From NCBI RefSeq assembly GCF_023055435.1, contig NW_025963846.1, positions 5,518,001 to 5,582,000 on the forward strand: DNA of 64,000 nucleotides, in the 5' to 3' direction. Every line of letters starts with the position of its first letter. The first letter of the stretch is position 1. A program made the translations under genes and the position numbers. This document shows, in pieces, positions 25,401 through 40,548 of this stretch. The notes beneath the pieces are model-generated. The model saw nothing but the letters and a program-made list of their open reading frames with translations. It was not told the origin of the DNA and searched no databases. Source of the DNA: Haliotis rufescens (lineage: Eukaryota).

Positions 25401-27944
25401 AACATCTACCTATTGTTATGTATATATATCATGCTCATACCTAGTTTGTACATCATTTGCTTGATAACGGTGTTAGAATCTACACCGAAACGTCGCCCAA
25501 TTGTAATAAAGAAGTTGCTCATCCATAACAATTTTGTCTTAGTCAAAAAAGAAAAGTCTTGGTTCTCAGGCACCGCCCACATCAACATAAAGTTTGCTGC
25601 ATGTTTCGTTTTTATTTCAATTTTTTAAAAATATATCAAAATAATCCTTAAATATTCCAAGTCCATCTTGTATTCCAGTATTTTACTCACCATGGAATGC
25701 ATTTATGAAGGGAGGCCCTTTCCCAGGTTGATTGTATACAATTATTTTATTGATTACACAACTGTTTATTGGTAACATACTAGTTTGGACAACACCCACC
25801 CCCAACCCCCCCAAAAAAACACACCCGCCCTCACTATATTTTCAAAATCCATTGCCTGAGAACCAATTCTTTTATTTTTTTAAGCCTTATGCAAACACAA
25901 ACATATTCATAGGAGATGACGTTTGAAGTATGGTCAAAGGGACACAACTCATGTATGGATTCAGTGAAGTCCTGTTAGTGCAGAGAGTGGAGTTCAAAGT
26001 TTAACTAATTACTGGCTTAATGAATCAACCCCTCAATTATCCTGCATAACATATCGTGGCTTTGTTGAAATATATTTACGGCCCTCCACTTACAATTTTG
26101 TTTAGAATGTTGACAATCAGGTGTTTTCAGGAATATGCATATTTATTTCATGATAGAAAACCCCCAAAGAAATACACTTGATTACATATTTTCTCAAGAT
26201 ACCGAACCATTTGGATTGTATCGCAATATATATTGTTGAAGGTACACCGTACACTGATTATACAGTGCAGACCTAATGATGACATCACAGAGCTCCAGAA
26301 AAAAACTTTTGGTGTTGTGGGTATTTTACCCATGCATTTTAAAATCATTGGGTATCAGTAAATCTATCTGGGTATTCAAATTTCTGTTACCCACCAGATT
26401 TTACACGTGGGTATTTAAGTTAAATATTTAAAAACACTATTCATCTAGTCCCTGCAAACTGGTGTCGTGTGGGTTCGAGAGCTTTATAGGACTCAAAAAT
26501 ACCACGATACTTCCACAAGAAAGTGTGATGGCAAATGATCGTGATGTAACTGTCATTGTGGAGTTTGGCAAGGTTGACTGAATGCCCGTTTATAATTTCA
26601 AAATAAGTTGCTAATTTGCTAATTGAATACGCAGGGTTACTTTACAATATTTTGATGATACGCACAAGTTTTATTTTTGTAGCTTATCTGTAATGTTCGT
26701 TGCGTATTTGATACACTTGGATTTTATTTTACTGCATATTTCTGCATTTCTGATGTGTATTTTACGCAGATATGCAGCTTATCTGGAGCTCTGTATCATT
26801 TCCCAAACAAAGCTATGATGCAGATAGGTCAACACTGTTATGGACCGGAGACACAAAGTATTATATAATACACTGGGTAACCGAGGAGGAATGAATCACT
26901 GGTTCTGAGGAATGTCTCTTTATATTCCCACTACTTGTCTACAATTGATTGTCTGTAGTATAACACCGCATTCAGCACTATTCCAGCCACATGATGGCTG
27001 TCTGTAAATAATAGTCTCGAGTTTCATGAACATCGATCTACCCAATTGGGATACGATGACATGCATCAACCAAGTCAGGGAGACTGACCACCCGATCCCG
27101 TTTGTCGCCTCTTATGACCCAGATCTACATGGGGGACTCAATCTCATTAAAATCAGATCTTAGTTCTCGCTACCACTAAACAAAGATCTGAGGACATCCC
27201 ATTACGGGTGACGTCTGAATACCCTGTGTTGAAGTTTTCCAGGTTGCATGAAGAGAAATCACATTCCGACTGTCACTTTCATGATCTGGTAAGCGACGCT
27301 CTGACTGGTCGGATGAAAGGTCGTTCTGATGTGACCCCTAATGGGATGTCTTCAGATCTTTTTTGAGCAGTAGCGAGAACTAAGGTCTGATTTTAATGAG
27401 ATTGATGGGTGACTTGTCTTGACACTGAGGTTTCTGGATTAATAGCGTTCAATTCTTGGACATCAACACATTGAAACTTCTTTAGCGTGTTGAAGTTACA
27501 TGCATGTATTCAGGTCAAACTGTCATCTTGAAAGTATACTGATCCCTCAATATATTATTATTTTTGTGTACGGAGAAACGTACATTCCAATGAAGAACTG
27601 ATCGCGGAAACACAGCACATGGCCCAAATATCCGGAAACCATTGTTGAGTTTGAATCCAACAGAGCTGTAGGCATCTATAAATGTTACTGTGTCGTCTTC
27701 CTTGCTGAGGATGGTGACTGTGGTTGCTGTAGCGTTGACGTTGCCATCAATGTTGTGATGTCGAACAGGTGTCGCGCTGAAAGATATAGGTATTAATCAA
27801 TTTCTTCAAGGTGAGGTGAGGTGAGGTGAAATGTGCGTGCATGTGTGTGTGTGTGCATGCGTGTCAATTTCTTCAAGGTGAGGTGAGGTGAGGTGAGGTG
27901 AAATGTGTGTGCGTGTCAATTTCTTCAAGGTGAGGTGAGGTGAA

Positions 27945-27999
<55 letters not shown>

Positions 28000-28732
28000 T
28001 GTGTGTTTGTTTGTCTGCTTGCATTGGTCTGGACTAGTTTTATAGTGCCACCTCTGGAGATACCAAGCAGCAGTTATACTGACTCAGAGCAGACCAGTCC
28101 TTGTTCTATCCCCTTACTGCTGAGGGTCAGGCAGGTTTTAATGTCTTTTGGTATGACGTAGCTGGGGATCAAATCAAAGACCTTCCATTGTAAGGGCACA
28201 CGCTCTATCCACTAGGCCATGGTGGTAGTCTAGCCTGTTAGTGCTGTCGTCTGCACAGATAGCCCAAATATACACAAACGAACTCAGCGTGTCAAAATAA
28301 CCATGCTGAAGTCAGGATTGTTGAGGATGATGGTAAACAGGTAAACAACACACTTGCGGCATATTGCACATGCGAGTTTACCCGACAGCCTAAATGAACC
28401 GGTTTCGTACATATGTTTTCAAAATAGACAGTGACCAAAGCCCCTGAAACAGGAAAACTATAATCAAACATCGGACCTAATAATATACAAGCTTATTTAT
28501 TTGTATACATTGGTCAGATAATTCAGTAACATCACTACCCTGCTTCAGGAGCCCGTGACAGTGCCGTGGAATGCGTAGCCACGCTATGGCCTATGTGTGT
28601 AGATACGGAGAGGAGTACCTGGTCGTTACCCAACACTCACGAAAATATGTGACATTCGTTACCATACAGTTACCTAAACTGTGGGTGCAATCTGCGAAGT
28701 AAACAACGAGAAATATTCCTTAAAAGCATCAT
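22454..28732 (-). CDS. NDUFAF3: NADH dehydrogenase [ubiquinone] 1 alpha subcomplex assembly factor 3 (Mth938 domain), 5 exons, 227 aa
   Basis: Exons 28732-28674, 27776-27584, 24906-24840, 23219-23119 and 22717-22454, all GT-AG with compatible phases (684 nt). Translation: MMLLRNISRCLLRRLHPQFS (mitochondrial presequence-like)...FIDAYSSVGFKLNNGFRIFGPCAVFPRSVLHWN|VSGPEDISVDSLSLFTILEPKI|DILVLGIGD...INVEVLPT|DQACSTFNFLNSERRYVAGALIPP, which matches the NDUFAF3 motifs. Confidence 0.92.
23310..24830. repeat. Tandem satellite, 34-bp unit (2 x 17 bp), filling NDUFAF3 intron 3
   Basis: cacactggcacagccta + cacactgagactgtcta repeated about 40 times. Confidence 0.93.
25108..25543. mobile_element. Penelope-like element remnant with 92-bp inverted arms carrying a hammerhead-like motif
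   Basis: Arms 25124-25215 and 25452-25543 differ at one position. 12-bp TSD caaaaaagaaaa (25096-107 and 25544-55). Motif TTGATAA-cggtgt..acacc-GAAACGTC followed by AATAAA. Confidence 0.7.
26288..26793. mobile_element. Non-autonomous DNA transposon (hAT-like CAG ends)
   Basis: TIRs cagagctccaga / tctggagctctg. Second partial copy at 9353. No clean TSD. Confidence 0.75.
26945..27135 (-). mobile_element. Degraded family A retroposon
   Basis: Recognisable body segments (catgcatcaaccaagtcag..gaccacccgatcccgtt). Confidence 0.7.
27138..27405. mobile_element. MITE with long (~70 bp) imperfect TIRs
   Basis: tcaatctcattaaaatcagatcttagttctcgctac... / ...gtagcgagaactaaggtctgattttaatgagattga. Diverged partial relative at ~51715-51845. 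Confidence 0.8.
27795..28005. repeat. Compound microsatellite (GTGAG)n/(GT)n with local duplications
   Basis: Directly visible next to the NDUFAF3 exon 2 acceptor. Confidence 0.9.
28020..28232 (-). mobile_element. Degraded tRNA-headed SINE, family C
   Basis: Reverse strand reads tggcctagtgg (A-box-like)...cgtcataccaaaagacattaaaa, homologous to 37281 and 42623. Confidence 0.65.
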
Positions 28733-29221
28733 GGAGTCAGTGCTGTATTCCACGCTGTGACTCAGAAATGGACTTTATCATCGTTTTCAATGCACCCAGT
28801 GAGCCATTCCCACAAGAAAGTCAAACCAATGTGACTACGGTTAGTATGGAGTTATCTCCCTTGGTGGTATTAGACGCGAGCTTTCCTAAATTTAGACAAC
28901 AATCACCAAACTTGTTGAAACATTCCTTGTGACTCATTTTAACTACAATAACATACAAAAAAATGATATATGTAGAAAATGCAACATGTTATAACAAAGG
29001 CTGGGTCGTTTTGAATACACGACAATATAGTTGCATGTTCAATGGTTATATATGTGACCTCAACAATCTATATATCTGCACTTCTTGTTTTAGTCTTAAT
29101 GACCTGTGAGATTGGAGTATAAACCTGTTGAAAATCTTGACTTGCTTCAATTAGACTCTATTATTACAGAAAGAAGGGAAAATATATGTGTACGTACGTA
29201 TGTACGCATGTATGTACGCAT

Positions 29222-29358
29222 NNNNNNNNNNNNNNNNNNNNNNNNNNNNNNNNNNNNNNNNNNNNNNNNNNNNNNNNNNNNNNNNNNNNNNNNNNNNNNN
29301 NNNNNNNNNNNNNNNNNNNNNNNNNNNNNNNNNNNNNNNNNNNNNNNNNNNNNNNNNN
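29222..29358. other. Assembly gap (137 N) within a (TATG/TACG)n microsatellite
   Basis: Run of N flanked by tatgtacg repeats. Confidence 0.98.
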
Positions 29359-29972
29359 TATGTATGTACGTATATGCGTACGAATGTACGTATGTATGTA
29401 TGTATGTCATAGAAATAATAACAGACATTTTTACACCACTTTCTATTTACTACATACATGTATTTATCGATATGATTAAATTTGTTTTTGAGAACGATAT
29501 ACTTTCCCCAGCTATACCCAACAAACTATTTACTTACTGAGCAAAATCAAATAATTAATTCATTTTCACAATTAACACACACCAAGTTACGTTTGGGTAT
29601 TTTTCCGCAAGACCGACTATATATTTTTTTCACCAATGCCAGCAAACTATTCATTTTGGCATTTTTATGAGCAAACCTTTCATTAAAACAATCACTTCCC
29701 AGACCAATAGATATCAAATGGCTGCTCCCAAAGGGTAGATATACATATAGCATTTTCAGTAATATGTTTTTGAAATAGCATAATCTGAAAAAACCCACAA
29801 CTATTTGCGCACCTTGCCGAAACAAATGTATCAACCACATGGCTCGATATAAGGACTCTATATACGTGACATTAAGCCGTATCACCCTCTATGTAAGACC
29901 ATATGTATAGACGCCCTGGTGAGACCTTTCAAGAGGCTTAACAGTTTCTTCGAACCTGTTAATTGGCGTGAT

Positions 29973-30029
29973 GTCGACCTAGCAACCAGCTCCCGTAATA
30001 GCGTCCCTGGCGACGTGCAGTGGTATAAA
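29973..30029 (+). promoter_or_regulatory. Alpha-tubulin copy 1 promoter: X-box-like elements and TATA box
   Basis: GTCGACCTAGCAAC (29973-86), GTCCCTGGCGAC (30003-14) and TATAAA (30024-29), about 90 nt upstream of the ATG. Confidence 0.65.
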
Positions 30030-30115
30030 TGGGAGCGGGCAAGCTCCAGGTGCGCCACACACCAACTCGAGCAACCTGTAGACCGACTGAGCTCCTCTCC
30101 AACACACTATACATC

Positions 30116-34480
<4,365 letters not shown>

Positions 34481-34774
34481 TGCTACCCCAAAGTGACACT
34501 CAAATGTTCCCTTGATGGAACGACCGAATAAAAAAAGCGTAGAAACAAATGTTTTCTTTTTGTCAGTGTATAGTATTTAGTTTACTTGCTTTTCTTAGAG
34601 TTGGAAGGCAACAATAAGATTACATATTCGTCTTCCGGCCGATTTGAAACAGATTGTATTTTTAGTTTCCATCGCCAAACGCATTGAAGCCGCCAGTTAC
34701 AACTGACGATGTGTTAATAGCACCCCCGGTGGATCCTCCAACAGATGACAAGCAATATGGAGCAACTATTTATA

Positions 34775-34791
34775 ACACACACATACATACA

Positions 34792-34839
<48 letters not shown>

Positions 34840-34845
34840 CACACA
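34775..34845. repeat. (GCAC)n/(AC)n microsatellite
   Basis: Directly visible. Confidence 0.9.
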
Positions 34846-35619
34846 CCGTGTCCCCCTTAGTGATTTGGATGTAATATTGATTTAAGCTTCCAAAGGCCCA
34901 GCCACCCGATGGCGTGTGTATTGGATGATGTATTTTTCCTGCATATATATCATTCTGGCTACAATCATCCGTCATATGGTTAACTCCAGAATCATAAACA
35001 TGTAATCGAATGCAGAATATGTCATCTGCAGTCCATGCTTGTCATCACCGAACGAGGAACGGGCAGTTACAATGTGTCTTCGCACCAGACGTACCCGTTG
35101 TTGTTCTGCTCTTACCCTCTGATCTCCCTGTTCTCTTGTCCCTCTTACATGGGTACAGTCAGCCTTTAAAAAAAAGTCCCAACCAGAAACTTCTCGAACG
35201 ACCAAAGCCCGCCATGTTCATGAACACAAGGACAGATAACTCTAATTCTAACACCAACCATTCTTGAAAACTCAACTCGCTGCTGTTGACTGCTCTTTCA
35301 ATGGTCACAACAGCACTTGATATTTGTTAACTAGTCGTTTCAATCAATTTCTGCCACTGACAGTTACTGCAAACATATTAATAACAGTTTTACCGCCACT
35401 AAAATGACTTACACATAACAATTGGAACATATAGAAACCATCAAATAGACCCGGAAGGTCGCGACTCCACAAACGACCCGTGTCACCTCCGCTGTTGTGA
35501 TTGAAACTTCATGCAAAGGCTTCAAATGTTCCAAAACATCTTCTTTTCGCACTAAAGCTATAATATTTATGTGGAATATATTCAGAGACACTGTTTGAAA
35601 TCACGCTCGCAATGTACCT

Positions 35620-35762
35620 TAGGGTGGTGGGGTAGCCAAGTGGTTACAGCGTTCGCTCGTCACGCCGTAGGCCACATGGTTACAATCTGTGAAGTCATGT
35701 CCCCCGCAGTCATATTGCTGGATTGTTGTTAAAGCGACGTAAAACCAGACTCACTCACTCAT
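35620..35762 (+). mobile_element. Degraded, internally deleted tRNA-headed SINE (family D)
   Basis: A-box-like ggggtagccaagtggttacagcg, shared tail ..gctggattgttgttaaagcgacgtaaaacc and (ACTC)n. Tail remnant also at ~14205-14270 (-). Confidence 0.6.
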
Positions 35763-35856
35763 ACACTACTTTACCTGGATTGAAATAAAACAGTATATAA
35801 TAAACACAATGTGTGGTACATCTTATTCTTACCTTGACAAGACTTCACCACCACAG

Positions 35857-36126
35857 GGGGAACGGGTGGCCCAGTCGTCTAAGGCGCCGCGATTCACTGT
35901 GCAGAGTTGCGTCCCTTGGGCACGCCAGAAACCTGTGATTGTGAGTTCGAATCCCGGTTCGCCTCGTTTATGTGTCTAGGTTTGTCAGCACCATTCCCGT
36001 GCTCGTGGGTTTCACCGAAGGGGTAAATGTCTAAGAACTGAATCACTTCGGGCTTTCCTCGCTAACACGCCGTGATATAACTGGAAAACTGTTAAAAGCG
36101 GCGTTAAACCCAACTCACTCACTCAC
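35857..36126 (+). mobile_element. tRNA(Leu-like)-headed SINE, family B, full length
   Basis: A box TGGCCCAGTCGTCTAAGG, B box GAGTTCGAATCC, (ACTC)n tail, 12-bp TSD tcaccaccacag. Confidence 0.9.
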
Positions 36127-36717
36127 TCACCACCACAGTAGAACTTGGCTTCCTGAAACGCATCAGACACACATTCAACCATGAAATCTTAAATTTATAG
36201 TGTTAATTTGCAAAAGGTTACGATAAAAGTAAGTGAAAACAGACTCCATGTCCCTTATGGGCTACCGTAATCATCAGTATTCGCAGAATAAAGCTGTTCA
36301 TTGAAATACCGCCCCCTCCCTACCCCCACCCCCAGCCCCACACACCACTTGACCTATGTCACCCTCGATTATCCAGTCTATTATATATCCACACTAATAA
36401 AATATCCTGGACCCATCAAAGCGGCGTAAAACCCTACTCACACACCACGAGGGCAGCAAATTGCTATACGGATCCGCGAAATACCAAAAAAGAGAAAACT
36501 GAAAAGAAAAACGAACAGGGGCACAAGAAGAAGGTGGGCAGTACTTTCTATGATAACCTTAATCATCAGAGCGTTATTAAATTTAATGTTTCGTGTAAGG
36601 TGCCACAAACTGATCTAACATTTAAAAATACAGAAGTATATGTCAATGGTTTCACACATATGATAAACACTGCGGGGCAGAAGAAAGTATATACCCATGT
36701 TCGATGGTGGCTAAAAT

Positions 36718-36990
36718 GGTTGGTTGGTTGGTAGGTTGTTTAACGCCGCACTCAACAATATTCCAGCTATATGACGGCGGTCTGTAAATAATCGAGTCTG
36801 GACCAGACAATCCAGTGATTAACATCTACATGCGCATCGATCCACGCAATTGGGACCAATGACATGCATCAACCAAGTCAGCGAGCCTGACCACCCGATC
36901 CCGTTAGTCGCCTTTTACGACAAGCATAGTCACCTTTTACGGCGATCATGGGTTGCTGAAGACCTATTCCACCCCGGATCTTCACGGGTC
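36718..36990 (-). mobile_element. Full-length family A retroposon
   Basis: Starts GACCCGTGAAGATCCGGGG on the - strand. Complete body and tail. Confidence 0.9.
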
Positions 36991-37308
36991 TTATTCAAAG
37001 GTGATACATTTGATACGGGTATCATAGTTTCGGAGACTGTTTTCAGCATCGAAACGTTATGGTAACAATTGTAATTTTGGGGTCAAATCCAATTTTCAAA
37101 TGTACACTTTGCTTTACCGGATAGTTTACATATTACATATTCTTTATTTGCTTTATTGCCTCCAATGGTTGAAACTTACATGTTATGGACTATGCAAGAG
37201 CTTTACGTAATACACAGGATAAATAGGCATTACATAAAAAGCTTTTTCGTCACATGTCCATCATATTACATGTTATATCGGACAGCCTCAGTGGTTTAGT
37301 GAGTTGAG

Positions 37309-37520
37309 TTGGTTTGTTGTTTTACGCCGCACTCAGCAATATTGCAGCCATGTGGTCTGTAAATAATCAAGTCTGTACCAGACAATCCAGTGATTGATTT
37401 CATGAGCATCAATCCAAGCAATTGGGATCGATGACGTGTATCAACCAAGTCAGCGAACCTGACCACCGTATCCCGTTAGCCGCCTCTTACGACAAGCATA
37501 GTCGCCATTTACGGCAAGTA
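37309..37520 (-). mobile_element. Family A retroposon, 5'-truncated, inserted in the family C SINE head
   Basis: TSD ttagtgagttgag / ttagtgggttgag (37296-308 and 37521-33). Confidence 0.88.
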
Positions 37521-37611
37521 TTAGTGGGTTGAGACTGCCCGGGAAGCTGAAGGTCCGGGGTTCGATCCCCGACCGCGTCATACTAAAGGACGTTAAAAGA
37601 TGGTATTTGTT

Positions 37612-40548
37612 CTAATTCTTTATTCATGTACATGTGTAGGCCAGCGGCCCATGGTACAATATTTGGTCCATCATAAACATTTATAGGCTTAGTGTTTGGA
37701 GTCTAACATTCATAGCATGGTATATAAAAGTTGCAACATTTCTAATTACAGTTTCATTGTTTACCGCCATAAGCATATTGAATTTAGCAAGAGTAGGATG
37801 TACAAAATACTTCTGTGGTAAATACTGAAGACGAAGTTCATCATAAGCGTTACAAATTAATAAAAAATGATATTCATTCTCGACATATCTTTGGTTGCAA
37901 CTATTGCACAATCTCTGCTCTCGTGGAGTATTAACGTATCTACCAGTCTCAATATGGAGAGTATGGGAGCTACAGCGAAACTGGGCTAGTGCAACACGAA
38001 ATTTGTTGATAGTGATAGCAGACAAATACAACTCTAGACTGAATGAATTTTTGAAAAGTGTATAATGGAACATTTTAGAACTATTTGCTAAAGACCAATG
38101 CCAGTCCTGTTCGTAAGCAAATTTTAACCGATCTTCACATTCGGAAATAAATGATTCGGGGCAAATAACATATTGGTTCTCCCATATATATCCAAATCCA
38201 AGGCTGTATAAAAGAGTTTTGACTTTTGTAGCCCAATTAGTTTTACCATGTGTGGCTAGCTGAAATAACATATCATAACTTTTCTTAGGATATCGTGAAT
38301 TTGGTAGGGACATAAGTTTACACCAATATTTTATACAGCGTTTATACGCAGAAATGTACAGTGGGTATCTTCCACACTCTCCTCGCACAACATGATTGGG
38401 AGTAGACGTTTTAACACCTAGCAGACGTTTACAAGCAAGTACATGGATACTTTCTATTTCTTTGCAGTTTTCAAAACTCCATATTTCAGCCCCATATAAC
38501 ATAATTGGAGCAATTTTAGTATCGAATATTTTAAAAAATAGTTTCAGTGGAATAGGTTTAAGTGATGAAAGGGATTTTAGAACCGAGAACAATACCCGTT
38601 TAGCCTGTAATGAAGCATTGTAAGTATGTTTCGACCATGATAAATTCTTTGAAAATACAACTCCCAAATATTTGTACGATGATACACATTCCAACTGACA
38701 ACCAGTGAAATACCATTTCTCAGATCTAGAAAGTACACCACCATTCTTAAAAACTACTATTTTCGACTTATCAAGATTTACATTTAGGGAATAATTCTGG
38801 CAATAGTGTTCGAGTACATCGATGCGTTTTTGGAGGCCATATACAGTATCTGATATAAGAATTACATCATCAGCAAAGAGTAGCAGGAATAGTTGAATTA
38901 TGTCTGGATGGAGCTGGATTCCGGGTTCACAGTTAGCCTCAATTTCAACAGCTAGATCATTGATAAACAATGAAAACAAAAACGGGCTCAGTACACAGCC
39001 TTGACGGACACCCAAGTCACAATCGAATACATCTGAGAAGTTATTGTTAAACTTTACACAGGAACGTACAGTCGTATATATGGATTGTATACATTTAAAC
39101 ATTTTAGGTGACACACCACTGTTATTCAAAACTATCCATAGTTTTGATCTGTTTATAGAGTCGAACGCTTTGGAGAAGTCTACAAATAAAGCATATAGTT
39201 TACCTCGCTTCTTCCCCAGATAACGCTGTATAACTGACTGTAAAATAAACATATTATCAATTGTGGAATAGCCACAACGAAATCCTGCTTGCGACTCCAC
39301 AACTTTATCATAGGCATCACACCAAGACTGCAACCTTCTATTTAGAACAGAAATATATAACTTGCTAAAAATACTTAATACTGTAATCCCTCGGTAGTTA
39401 TCGGGTGTATTAGTATCCCCTTTCTTGTGTAATGGTACAATTTGGCCAGTCGACCAGGAAATCGGAAAATAAGCGGAATCAAATATAACGTTAAACAGAC
39501 AGGTAATATAGGGAACTAACACATCGCATGCGTATTTGAACATTTCAGCAATAAGCTTATCACTGCCGGCAGCTTTGCCTGTTTTCAATTTGTTAATTGC
39601 CTCAATTACCTCCTGCTGTTCAATTGGCGAGTCTAAGATAGATTGAGTTAAGTCATCAAAATTGTTATCTGGCACAGTGTTATCTTCATCCCCCATTTCT
39701 GAATCGAACAACCCCTTAAAATGTGAAAACCATTGCTCAATATTTATATTTGGCTTAGGACGGACAGTGGTAGCAGACAGACGTTTCAAATTTGCCCAAA
39801 ATATTTTACTGTTATCCAAGTTAGTCAAAATGGTACTCTGTACATTGTCTTGATATAACTTCTTTTTTTCACGGATAACATGTGTATAAGTATTTCTTGC
39901 CTTAATATAGTTACAAAGTGATGACGAATCTTTTAGTGATCGGAAAACCTTAAGAAGCCTATATCTTTCACAGCGGTGGTATTCACACTCCCTATCGAAC
40001 CATGGCTGTTTACTTCTAGAAATATAAGAAGGGCGTTTCATACATTTCGCAGCGGTACATAAAACATCTGAAAATACCTCAACTGCTTTATCAATATTAC
40101 CTGAAGCGATAAAATCTGAACACTTGTCAAGCATTGCAATAGAATTTGTAGACAGTAAACTGTCTCTAAAAGTTTGAGTTTTGTCCTCGTTCCACACAAA
40201 GCGGTAGCTGTCCCCTGGGTCTCGTGCAACACGCTCACGGTCTCTCGATCCAGCTTTGGCACGTGCGTGAAATGAACATGTAACTGGCATATGGGTCGAC
40301 TCTGTTCTATTTGCAATGTCAAACTGTTTGCACAACATAAACAATGAAGGGGATGCAACAATATAGTCGATTACGCTTGTGCCATTGTGGCTGATGAAGG
40401 TATAGTCACCTTTTGCCGCGTCTGATCCACATCGGCCATTGAAAATGCACAAATTCAAAGCACTACATACGTTTAGTAAAATCTTACCAAGGCGATTAAC
40501 AGTAGTATCACAAGAGAAACGTTTGGTGATCACGTTGCCATAAATATC
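37612..40548 (-). mobile_element. 5'-truncated non-LTR retrotransposon (LINE; RTEX/CR1-group-like)
   Basis: Perfect 14-bp TSD agatggtatttgtt (37598-611 and 40549-62). Short 3'UTR with AATAAA. Contains an open 950-aa ORF. Confidence 0.93.
37681..40533 (-). CDS. LINE ORF2 fragment: C-terminal part of APE endonuclease, reverse transcriptase and C-terminal Cys/His motif
   Basis: Motifs YTF..GTSVIDY, NYRGITVLS, QAGFR, FVDFSKAFD, GVRQGCVLSPFLF, LLFADD, YKYLG and ETGRY..RLCNSC..ENEYHFLLIC. Confidence 0.92.
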   Translation of the reverse strand: MITKRFSCDTTVNRLGKILLNVCSALNLCIFNGRCGSDAAKGDYTFISHNGTSVIDYIVASPSLFMLCKQFDIANRTESTHMPVTCSFHARAKAGSRDRERVARDPGDSYRFVWNEDKTQTFRDSLLSTNSIAMLDKCSDFIASGNIDKAVEVFSDVLCTAAKCMKRPSYISRSKQPWFDRECEYHRCERYRLLKVFRSLKDSSSLCNYIKARNTYTHVIREKKKLYQDNVQSTILTNLDNSKIFWANLKRLSATTVRPKPNINIEQWFSHFKGLFDSEMGDEDNTVPDNNFDDLTQSILDSPIEQQEVIEAINKLKTGKAAGSDKLIAEMFKYACDVLVPYITCLFNVIFDSAYFPISWSTGQIVPLHKKGDTNTPDNYRGITVLSIFSKLYISVLNRRLQSWCDAYDKVVESQAGFRCGYSTIDNMFILQSVIQRYLGKKRGKLYALFVDFSKAFDSINRSKLWIVLNNSGVSPKMFKCIQSIYTTVRSCVKFNNNFSDVFDCDLGVRQGCVLSPFLFSLFINDLAVEIEANCEPGIQLHPDIIQLFLLLFADDVILISDTVYGLQKRIDVLEHYCQNYSLNVNLDKSKIVVFKNGGVLSRSEKWYFTGCQLECVSSYKYLGVVFSKNLSWSKHTYNASLQAKRVLFSVLKSLSSLKPIPLKLFFKIFDTKIAPIMLYGAEIWSFENCKEIESIHVLACKRLLGVKTSTPNHVVRGECGRYPLYISAYKRCIKYWCKLMSLPNSRYPKKSYDMLFQLATHGKTNWATKVKTLLYSLGFGYIWENQYVICPESFISECEDRLKFAYEQDWHWSLANSSKMFHYTLFKNSFSLELYLSAITINKFRVALAQFRCSSHTLHIETGRYVNTPREQRLCNSCNQRYVENEYHFLLICNAYDELRLQYLPQKYFVHPTLAKFNMLMAVNNETVIRNVATFIYHAMNVRLQTLSL

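Noticed and set aside
29106-29540. ORFs spanning the N run
   Set aside because: Artefacts of the assembly gap and microsatellite.
35857-35970. Possible tRNA-Leu gene
   Set aside because: No proper acceptor stem. It is followed by a SINE body and tail, has TSDs, and occurs in several diverged copies.
36995-37105. Similarity to 51110-51140 and 51860-51935
   Set aside because: Short, diverged matches, most likely an old dispersed repeat or duplication relic. Boundaries could not be defined.
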